From NCBI RefSeq assembly GCF_964204645.1, contig NC_134025.1:8990001-9054000 (forward strand): DNA of 64,000 nt, read 5' to 3'. Under the pieces are notes generated by a model. That model searched no databases. It saw only the letters and a list, made by a program, of their open reading frames with translations, and had not been told where the DNA came from. The stretch's first letter is position 1. Each line of letters opens with the position of its first letter. This document shows, one piece after another, positions 29,001-41,000 of the stretch. The DNA comes from Tubulanus polymorphus (Eukaryota > Animalia > Nemertea). The position numbers and the translations under genes were made by a program.

Positions 29001-32000
29001 GGATGTACTTGAAAATGATGATATTCAGCTGGATTCTGTATTCAAAGGATCGTTGATAAACGATTTGGCAAATGTATGTATGAAGAATACCATATTAAAC
29101 TGTCTTTTAGATGAGTACAGTCAACCCCTGATATATACTGCCCATGTAGTCTAGCATTTTGGCGGTATATCGAACGATATTTCGAATCAATCGTCAAAAG
29201 GTAAATGAAGCCGTTTTGTTCTCGGGGAAAAACCTGGCGTTAGGTGAAAGTTGTGGTTTTTTTCAGGGGCGGTATGTCAGGGGTTGATTGTAGATTATTA
29301 CTTCCATGCATATATTTTGCATTCGTATACATAGGAAGGATTCAATTCTCAAAACACGACACGTTCAACTCGGCATATTCTCGAGGATAGTAATGATAAA
29401 TTCATAAATCTCTATTCGTATTCACATGTAAGACTGAACCACCGATTCGCTTAGATATACAGCTCTGGTGTGTTAAGTGAAACGTCTTTGCAGGGCTTGC
29501 ATTATTTACACGGCTCTGGCCTGAAAGCACACGGTCATCTGAAAAGCTCAAATTGCGTCATCGACAGTCGTTGGATGCTGAAAATTACCGATTACGGCTT
29601 GGCGAGGCTGAGGAACAACGGGCGAGAAAACAATGGGGATGAACAATTTCGAGGTATACATGTACATTCCACTAATGAAGCAGCAGAAGACATTTCTCGA
29701 CCTATTGAAAGTAAATTTAATTTTTAAGATTTATGGTGGACGGCTCCGGAAACATTAAGGCAATCAAATTTTCCAACATCTACATGTATCAACGTTGGTT
29801 ATCAGATGGGTGATATATACAGCTACGGGATCATACTGTTCGAGATAATATTCAGACAAGAACCGTATTCAACAGACAGTACCCTCGGTCCAAAAGGTAA
29901 GCCAGATTCGATAGCTGTATTGATCCCATCTGTAGTCAGGTGTCGTGAAAGGTTCGATTCGACCAGAGGGGACAGATCCGAGAGAAAGAAGCAACACGTC
30001 TGGTTACTACGAAACCTTGGAAGTGACTGATTTTATTTCACATAGATGGAGAATAAACATAAACAAGATGTCATCCACAGTAAATGTATAAACACAAACC
30101 AGATGAGCGGCTTAGTAACCGAACTTTCGAAACACTCCCGGCGGCGGGAAGAAAAAATAGGATGTATAATGCCTATGTGCTATTAGGAATACCTATGAGG
30201 TTAATAAGCCTACGTAAAAAATGAGAAATTAATCAATTTCCAATTTCATATCAGAATCACTAAATCTTCGATACATTAAGTTTGCATTACTCTTAATCTT
30301 CATTTAACACAAAACTGAGAATGCTTTGACATTAAACATTGACATTAAGCTTTGACGTTAAACTTTGACATTGCGTTGTGTCTCAACTAAAATATAGGTG
30401 TATACATGATAACTAGGATATTGTATAGCATTATTATGAGATAACAGATTACAATATTGATTGACGTATTCTTGAAATTAAAAACATGTGAATATCAGAA
30501 ATAAAAAGAACATTTACTCCGATATATATTCAGGTGTATAATAGAAAGGAAATTACATAGTATTTCAACATTAATACAATTTGTGCTTGAATGTATACAT
30601 ACATGATTTTCACTGTTAAGATTCAACTTACATTTCAATTAACATTAAATTTTACATATATACTATGGTGATCGTCATTTACACATTTTAATAATTGAAA
30701 AACATAGAAGAACATATTCTTAACATTATAAATCTTCAAAAATGAAATTAACTCATATTAAGAAACATTATGAACATAAGTTTGAATTATACTCTGATTA
30801 GGCTGAACCTGTGCATTAGTCAACCAGTTTGTCACACCAGTTTTTTATTTTATTTCTAGCGTTCAATGCTGCATTTCGTTTTATTTTCATTGGGGGTTGA
30901 ATATTACTAATTAGAGGCGATGATTCATCATTCATTTTCTCGCCACTATCAGAATTGATTTCTAAGGGGTATAATTTTTTAAGGGGTCTATTCGTAATCC
31001 CGCTTTTAGTACGAATTACCGCGGATCTCACAAGACCGTCGTTGCCCTTGTTCAGACCTTCTATGATAGCGAGTTGCCAAAAGATTCTCTTTTTTGAGTC
31101 ATCATGAACGATCACTATATCGCCTATTTTGACATGATTTTCCGTAATTCCACCCCGCTTTAGCGTCTGACAGTGGTTTTCCCTTAAGGTTGGCAAATAT
31201 TCATTTCGCCACCGTATCCAGTAATCTTGGAAAAGACTGTCTAAGTATTTCATGCGTTTGTTCGCGTCGGAGAAACCGATGGACGGTAAGTTAAAATTCG
31301 GATCAATTAGTTCGTTTTCTTCAACTACCGGTTGAGGTAACAGAGTAATCATTCTCCCACAAATTAAATGTGATGGAGTTAAGGGAATGATCTCATCGTC
31401 ATCATTTGTCATGTACGTTAAGGGACGATCGTTTATTGTAGCCTCTATTTCAGTAATTAGAGTCGACAATTCGTCCAAGGTAATACACGCTCGACCAACT
31501 ACTTTTTTCAAAGTGTTTTTCGTTATACCGACTAATCTTTCATAAAATCCGCCAAACCATGGCGCGCGTTTCGGTATAAATGTCCAAGTGACAAGTTTGT
31601 TAGACAGAAAGTTCCTGACTTTTGTTGATTTGAATATTTCTTTGATATCGTTTTCTGCAGACAAAAATGTTGAACCATTATCAGAGATCAATTGACTTGG
31701 CAACGACCTCCTGCTGGCAAATCTGCGAAATGCTCTCATAAAGGAAGCAGGCGTCAGATCAGTGACTATTTCCAGATGTATTGCCCTGGAAACAGCGCAT
31801 GTAAATAGACATATGTATGCCTTGTTCTGTTTTGAGTGTTTCGTGCGATAATATAAATGGCCAGTGAAATCAACGCCTGTGATGGTGAAGGGTGGAGCTT
31901 CTTTTAGTCTACAGGCAGGTAACGGAGGCGTGATTGGCGCACGATATGATTTACCATCATGTCTAATGCAAACTGAGCATTTTCTAATAATTGGGCTAAC

Positions 32001-35000
32001 TATTTGCCTAATTCTTGGTATCCAATATGATTGACGTATGTAACACAAAGTTGATTGTAACCCACTGTGTAGAACCATTTTATGGGCGTCACTAATTACT
32101 AATTTTGTGTATGGGTGCTTCGATGGCAATAATATTGGGTACTTAGCGTTGTAGTTAAGATTCGCGTTTTGAAAACGACCGCCACATCTAATTAAACCCT
32201 CTTTATCAGTGAATAGGTTTAATTGTTTAGTCAATTGGGTACCTCGTCCCCCTTTCTGAATACATTTAATTTCATTTGAAAATTCGTCATCTTGCAAAGA
32301 GCGAACCCACGTAGTACGAGCCAAACGTATTTCTGGCACGGTAATATGATTATGTCTAGGTTGACATGTCTTCTTCATAATAGAAATAAAGCGTAGTACA
32401 CATGCTGTGACTCGAAGTAATTTATGCAGCGAATTGAATTGCTCGACATCTATTACTTTTTGTATTCCAGACGGTTCTGATGGAGTTGCGGTGGTTGATA
32501 GAACTGAGATAGAATTAGTACTAGCTAATTCTGCACACTGTTGAGAGTGCGATTCAGAATTATTTACTGAACAATATAGTACAGTTGAATTATTCAATCG
32601 ATCAATTGGCCAATCGCCATTAGGCAGCCAAGTTGGTCCAAACCACCATAATCTACTATTATCCAAGTCTTGGGTATTGATGCCCCGAGTCAAGAGATCA
32701 GCAGGGTTGTCCTTTGTAGGACAATAATTGATTATGTCAAATTTGACAGACCGAATTTCACGGACTCTGTTTTCGACGAATGTGGGTAATTTCTTCTCAC
32801 TCCGAATCCAATGTATTGTGATCTGACTATCGGACCAAAGAACACATTTTGTTAAACTTAAATTTGACTTGTCGAATGCATCACGGATAAATTTCGCGAG
32901 CCGTGCAGCGATCAGTGCTGCCAATAATTCAAGTCTAGGGATAGTAACCTCTTTTAATGGTTTAACCCGTGATTTTGCCATAATGATTGAAGTCGATTTG
33001 TCAGTTTTCAGATAAGCTACAGCCCCATAAGCATTGGGACTGGCATCAGCAAAAATGTGTAGTTCACATTCACTAGTCGGTTGACCAAAATATGGTCTTT
33101 GTATAGCTGTATGTTGACAGGCGTATAACTGCTGATGTATTTCAAACCAGAGTGATGATAATTCATCAGATAAGGGTTCATCCCAAGTTTGTTTAGATTG
33201 CCACAATTTCTGGATAAACATTTTAGCTTGAATATGCACAGGCGAGAGGAGACCAAGGGGGTCAAATAGTGACGCTGTTACGCTCACAACTTCCCGCTTA
33301 GATACCACAGACTGAGTGCACATAGCTGGGTCTTTTATGGCCTTTGAAAACTGAAGAGTATCACTAATCGTATCCCATTGTAACCCTACGACATTGACGA
33401 TTTCATTATTCTCACCCATTGCCTGTTGTTTTATCAACGATCTTAGTTCTGGGTCGTTTGTAGCCCATGATCTCAAAATAAATCCACCCCTGCTCATAGT
33501 ATTCGTGGCTTCTTCAAAATATTCAATTGCTTTTTTAGCGTTATGAGAGCCACTGAGAACGTTATCGACGTATATGTTTGATTGCATATCGATTGAGATT
33601 TCTGTATTTTCGGACTGTAGATGCGTTTTCACTACAGAATTTAAGATGAATGGTGAGCTAGTGGACCCGAAAAGTACTGATTTGAAACGATAGACCTTGA
33701 AGGGACTATCGGGATCCGTAGGATCTGATAGCCATAGAAATTTTGTGAAATTTCTATCGTTTTCACCGAGTTTTACATTCAAAAATGCCTTTTCAATATC
33801 ACTTGTAAATGCGACGTTATTCGTGCGAAAGCGGATTAATATCTGCACAAGATCATTTATTAATGAAGGACCGCTTTCGAGACAGTCGTTCAAACTAGGA
33901 TTATCCCCTTGTTTACAACTACAATCATAAACAATTCTAATCGGTGTTGTGATTGATTCCTTTTTAACCGAGTGGTGGGGTATGTAATGGCCCTGGCTCT
34001 TGTCATCATTTTCTACTATCTCAATAAATTCGCGTGAAAGTTGCTCTGCTATTATCGCATTATATTTCTGCCTCAGTTCTGGAGACAAGCGTTTAACCAT
34101 AGATCTAGTTCTAGCGGTACAAATATCAAAATTGGTAGGGAGCGGTGGATAATCTTCTTTCCAAGGTAAATTCGCTATATATTTACCACTGGTATCGCGT
34201 TTAAGGTAATTGTCTCGATACGTTTCAAAATTCATTGTTTCAGATTTAATCGTTTCCTTGATGCCAATTACTTCAAGATCCCAGTAGTTAGATAATTTTG
34301 AGAATTCATCGTTTGAATGTATAGTATTCAAAAGACAGGTAGTATGGAGTACCGATGTATTCGCATTCAAATTGATGGGTCCTGATAGAAGGAACCCGAG
34401 TTTGGAACTGACAGCTGTCGGGCCAGCTCCTCTAACCACTTCATTCTCTACGATCGACCAGTAATAATCAGCACCGATTAATAGATTAATTTCACAATTG
34501 CTGGTGTTGACGTACGGTGCTAATGGTAAATTTCGAAGGTACGGGTGATTTGTCACAGCAAGTTTTACATTGTTCTGAATTGGTGGACATATTTCCGGTA
34601 CAACTAATGCACGTAAACCAATTTCGCCTTTACGCGTACGAAGTTTTAAATCTATACTCCGTAGAGTACGTGCCCCAGGCGAATTGTCACCAAAGGTGGA
34701 AATATTTACATCTTGCTTTTCAAATTTGTCCAATCGGACACCTAATTCATTTACCGACTTTTTAGTGATGAATGAGCACTGCGCTCCTTCGTCAAACAAG
34801 ATATTTACCGTGGTCGAATTCGAACCATAATTTATTTGACCAATAGCCGATTTCAAGAGAACAGGACTTGAAGTTGGAGCTATATTGACATGAATATTTT
34901 TTGATTCAATATGCGTATCAGTATTTCGATCTATATGAATAGCAGTGTGGTGTTTGCCTTTGCAAACCTTACAACGATATTTCGATTGGCAAGCTGTTAC

Positions 35001-38000
35001 CATGTGATTGCCAAAACAGTTATAACACTTACGATTTGCCTTTATGATGTCTTGTCGCTTTTTTGGGTTAACGATTATATCGCATGAGAACGCCGTATGT
35101 GGACCCTTGCAGAACGCGCAACTGTTGTTTTTCGAGGCCGGATTTTTCCTCGTTTTAGTGCTTATATGAAGAGCGGATAATTTTTCATTATCGAAGTTGA
35201 CGCAGCTCGCTCCTGCCTGTGTAGCTTGTATTTCCTTTCGGATCGCGTCGCGTAGTTCTTTAAGTGTCCAGGCGCGGTCTCCGTGCTCCCGTGAAATTTG
35301 TGTTTTGACGGGACTCGGTAGCTTATCGAAGACTACCGGAACGAGTATGTCACCGAACGCATCTTCCGATTTCCCGAGCGCGCGCAATCCTCGAATATAT
35401 GTTTCCAAAGAATCGTAAAATTCGCGTAGACTCTCGTGATCCTGCGGTGGCTGCAAATCTAATAAAGCTCTGATGTACGCGTTCACGATCTTGTGAGGTT
35501 GACCGTATCTTTCTACTAAGATCGTCAGAGCTTCTTTGTAGTTAGCGCTAGTTATTTGCAGACCTTCTATGGTACGCGCTGCTTCGTCAGTGAGTTGTGC
35601 GACCAAATATTGAAACTTCTGGATATCGTCCAAATGCGGATCGCTATCGACGGCTGAGATGAAATTATCGTAGAAAGTAGACCATTTCAAAATGTCACCA
35701 TCGAAATTTGGGAGAGCCAATTTTGGTAGATTGACTTTTTTACTGCCGGTTGAGGTAGTACTGCTTCGATTGATGGTACTTACAGATTCGTTTAGCGATT
35801 GTGGTTTTGGTATCTTCGCTAGTAGATTATCCAAGTTCAGTTTGAATCGACCGAGTTTGATTTGTATCTCAGTGAGATAATCATCTGATTCAACTATAGT
35901 GTTAGTTAACTCGGTTTCATCAGCGATTTCATCCATTAATTGTTGGTCTAATTGTCGTAAATATTCGAATTTTGTGAACAGCGCGTCGATTAAAGTGGAG
36001 AACGGTTGAACAGTTTCCAGAGTTCTTGAACTTTCATCGACGAGTAGAATCTCTGCTAGTTTTTCTTCCGTTTTTCCGAAAATCTTCGTCATTTGGCCCC
36101 GTTGGGCCCTTCTGATTGCCGTTAGCCTTCCTTCTGACCCCATCCTGGTCACGGCACCAAAATGTCGTGAAAGGTTCGATTCGACCAGAGGGGACAGATC
36201 CGAGAGAAAGAAGCAACACGTCTGGTTACTACGAAACCTTGGAAGTGACTGATTTTATTTCACATAGATGGAGAATAAACATAAACAAGATGTCATCCAC
36301 AGTAAATGTATAAACACAAACCAGATGAGCGGCTTAGTAACCGAACTTTCGAAACATCAGGTTCGATCCCATCAGATTTTCAACATGTCTTTATCGCCCT
36401 TTGTCCTAAATTTGAAAGGCGGCAGGTTTGGGAATCGTTCGCATAAGAATTTGAAATCGTGAATCAATCTTGGCACAACGGCATTTGTTGAAGTAGCAGA
36501 ACCACAGCTCGAAAATACTTCAAAGATAGAAATACATGTGTTATATATGTGTATCATAACAGTGGTTTTTATTTACTATTGCAACATACCTGTGAACACC
36601 TTTTTCAAACTACGTACCGGTATATAATTACGTTATATATTATCAGAACTTAATGTTTGGTGCCTTAGCTGCAGTTGATATAAATACAAATATACAATAA
36701 ACTGATATTTTAGACAACCGATGAGACGATTTGATGTACATTGATCCTTAATATACAAGTACATTCTTTTTGTATTAAAGGCCCACTGGCAGTATAAAAG
36801 CCCAATCAATGTCAGACATGGCAGTATCTTTGAACCTGTGGAGCAGTGAGGAGCTCCAACGGTTGAAACTGGAATTCTCCTATTTTCTCTGTCAGTTATC
36901 CGATTTGGATCCTCCTTTTTGTCAGACATATGTATTAATGCATAATATATTCATTTCTGCAGTCAAAATTATGTTTTAGGCCCTCCTCTTTGAGTAATTA
37001 AGCAATTTCGTTGGTATTTTCTTCAAAATTTGAATCTTTGAATGACGTTAAGGGAGGAGTTATCCAGTGAATCAGTGTAGCTTGCACGGCACAGTAACAG
37101 TAACATGATACCCTAGGTCATCACTACACATAAACAAAAATATAGGCTAATTCATAGTACCTAAATCTCACTACAAAAATCTTTTTTCCCGATCAAGGAA
37201 TCAGTCTGAAATTTCATACACTTGTTAAGCTTTCTACCTTCAGTGTTATGCCAAAATTTCATCAAAATCGGATAAAAATTAATAATTTTTAAAAATCTCA
37301 AAATTTCGCCAAATTCTTTAATCTTGGTCCTTTTCTTACAGAAAATGATCACAAGCTTCAGATTTTCATCCCCAATAAGACTGCACCATTTAAAATTACC
37401 TCAGAACTTTATATGAAAATTTATGAATTTGTCAGATATTACAGTGTGTGACCTCTACAGTAACAATTGTGAGCCACCCTTACTCACTGTAAACATCATC
37501 AACATGTTAGTGTAGCTAGTGGGACGGCCCATCTCAAGTGCTTACCACCCGGTTAACTACTGCTCATACCGATGGGCCTTTAAGTAGAATAATGTAACGT
37601 GTTTCCGTATACATATTGTATATTGTATATTTATCAAATCATGAAAATAACTGAAACAAAACTAATATTTTTCGATAATTTTTTTTTACCATAACTTGAA
37701 CTTGTCCAATTCACATGTTATTACTGATATGATATATACAAATAACAAATTACCACAAATACATTGTATTTTTGATATTACCGATTAAATAGCGTTGACG
37801 ACGTATTCCTTGGCGAGTTTTACGAGTTCTGCGGCAATCAGTTGTGCTTCAGTCGATTCCGTTTCAGAGAATGCGGTATGAGGAATTTCGGTAGGCCTAC
37901 CTCCGAATCGGCTTGGATAAAACAAGCGGGTTCGATCATGGCAAATATCACATTGCAATTTGGCTGCTAATCTTTGAACTTCCCCTGAACAGTCGTCGAT

Positions 38001-41000
38001 TTTACCAGTCAACCGGACAAGATTTGGCTTTGATTCATGGTGACCATATTGCAATGAATCACGAGCATGTACCATTGCAATGAGCGCTTGTTCGCATGTC
38101 TGAAAGTGAAAAACCTTTTTCTATTAGTCATCATTGTCTCAACGTCACGTGCGTTGACTATAAGAAGTAAAATAATCTGAATCAACTCACCAGATGACAT
38201 TTAAAAATTGTCATGAAGTGGAATCCGCCAGAAACATCATTGGGAACTGTTTTTAGAGTTATTTCAGCCTGTTGCAGCCATTTACGAGCCTCTATAGGTT
38301 GTGGATTTCGCCCCTTGCTCATCATACCTGGGACGAATGTACTTCGGCGACTTCGGCCGCACCGTTTCGAGTTATTTTGCAGAGCTCTCAGGCAACGTTC
38401 TCTATCATTACGATGTTGGTCTTGTCGAGCCTTCAAATACGAAGTTGCTAAATCAATGTCGAAGTTTCTATCGTCGACAAAATTGCTGCCCGGTTCTTGG
38501 CTGCTAACTCTACGCTTGTAATTCTCCTCTTCTTGCTTATTCTGCTTTTTTATGCAATCGAGAATTGCATCGTTGTCGCTGTAATTGGCCAGAAGCCGCA
38601 ATATAATCTTATTTCGCTCGGAAGGATCCAGTGTCCACGCTGTCTTCAACAGCTGTTCCAATTCTTTTTCTGTATCTATTGGTGACATATCTAATTCATC
38701 AGGGACGATGAGATCTTTTTCTTCATCATCATATCGCAGGAATTTGTACAATTCATATCCATATATCTCAACTTTTCGATCACCGATATTCACCTTATAG
38801 CAATGATCGAGCCTACGGGGAACTTCGCCTGAAGACGTGTTTTCTTCATTTTGTACTCGTTCAATGATTATTCCGTATATGTAAACTGCACCCGAATCAC
38901 CATTCTCATTGTCGAGAATGTCATCATGTATCTTGTAACCGACATAATCACCGGTGTGAAACGAAGCGAATCGGTTTGAAAGTAAATGATGATCGGCTAC
39001 AGGAATGTAACTTCCAGCAGACGGCAGAACATCATCATCATTAAACTCATCACTCATATCTATATGCCATCTCTTTAAAATTTCCAGCAGACCAGTCTCT
39101 GGTCCAGCAAAGATAATGGCATACATACATTCACGAAATCCATCAAGGTCATCAAAGCTACCAATGTATTTGGTAGCGTATTGATTAGAGAAGATGTTCG
39201 CTATGTTTTTCATCCTGCGTGTTGCAGCATAACGTGGAGCCTCTTCTATATGGGTGAAGTAAAATCTTATACAACCAACTGCTAGAGAATCTACTGTGTT
39301 AAAATTGTCAACGTTTTCTTTACTTTCAGTAATTACTTTCCCTCTACATTTTAAAACTGTTTCCAACTGCTGACATTCGAATATCTGTATTTGTTGGTAG
39401 TATGTTGAAACCTCATCCAACGTAATGTTTTTGGCTTCCTGCGGCTTCGCAAAATGGCGAATCACCCGATGAATAGCTTCATGGACGTTAGGGTCTAACA
39501 AATTCTGTTGAATGGTAATAAAAGGCTGCGTACTTGCCGAGTACACGTTTACTTTACAACTTTCCGACAGTTCCTCAATGAGAAGGGTTGATATGGGCTG
39601 AAGGAATGATATTCTAGTAAGAATTTCTTTCTCCCAAGGCTTTATGATTATCACGGGCTCATCGTCATGTCGATGTCTTTCCATAAGCAAATTTTCTTTT
39701 ATTTCTTTCATTCGTCCTTTATATCGATAACCATCAATGTAGTAGATTTGAGAAGACTTTCGCAGAGTCTTACCCCTTATAAGGAGAGTATAATCCTTCT
39801 TTGTGTCCTCATTTCTACTGTTGTTATTGTGTTCTAGGCCTATAAGGTTGTAAAATTTCAATGATGCTTGAACTGCTTTGCTAAAATCATTATCATTCAA
39901 CCTCTTATCTCCATACAACTTCTCTATATCGGCCAATACATTAGCATAATGCTGCATCGTCACGTTCTTGCTTACTCCAATTTTCTCCAACATCGATTCA
40001 AGGTGCGAACAATATACAGGTCTTCGAAGAAGGTAAGGTTCAATTTGGTCTTCTTCGCGAAAATTGATGACCACTTGCCTGGGATAAACGAAGTAATTTC
40101 TACCACTACTCACGAAGACACATGGCACATCATTCAATTCTTCTAAATTTTCGTATCCTTCTAGACGACAATAGATGTTGTTCATCATTTCCTCTATTTC
40201 TTTTGAATATCTGGAGCACACCTCATGTTTGTTACTATCTGCTAAGTGCTGGCAAACGTTTTTACAGTGAAGTGATATCATAGACTGCGGGGGATTTTCA
40301 TACACGCCAAACCTCGATTTTATATCTGTATTTTTTGGCGTGGCCCAGACGGGAAGAACGTCCATACAGGACCAACATAGTGGCATATTGATACTAGTTA
40401 CGGATCCCGAGAATGATATTAAATATTTCGGATCAGTTTGAGGACAAAGCTTTGACATTATTCCTTTATTGACCGGAATGAACTTGATTTTCTTCAGTTC
40501 CTCTATAGTCTGTGTTGATAGGTCATTCCTATCGTAGATATTTTCCACTATAGCCTTGGCTTTATTCGTAACCGAATATGTACCATCTATGCTTTCCTCA
40601 TACAAATGTTCAGGTCCTGCTTTCAAGATAACTGCCCGACCGTCACATTCAACAGTTTTAGCATAAGTCACCAGTTCTTCTTGCGATACACTAGATCTCA
40701 GACCAATTTTCTCGAGAAATGTTATCCATTCAGATTCGACAAATGATTCATGGAGAAATTCATTATCTGAATGCATCACTCTGAAGACTGGAATCTTTGG
40801 ATTGTAGAGTTCTTTTGCAGTTTTTTCTTCGCCATTTTGATTTGGCAAAAACGAAATCTTGCTCAGAGTGTTAATGAGAATATTAACCTCGCGATTGAAG
40901 TCGGCCAGCGGTATTTCACGACTGCCTCTTGATATGTATTTTTGGGATGCAGCTGGTTTATAACAGATGTAATGGTCTCTCAGATATCGAAGATGTGCTT

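Larger units (their letters stand above)
29941..36356 (-). mobile_element. Full-length BEL/Pao LTR retrotransposon
   Basis: Two 194-bp TG...CA LTRs (29941-30134, 36163-36356), identical by eye; TSD TCAGG at 29936-29940 and 36357-36361; PBS; single gag-pol ORF. Confidence 0.97.

Noticed and set aside
30135-30815. Possible env gene in the BEL element
   Set aside because: AT-rich with no ORF of 60 aa or more; treated as 3' UTR
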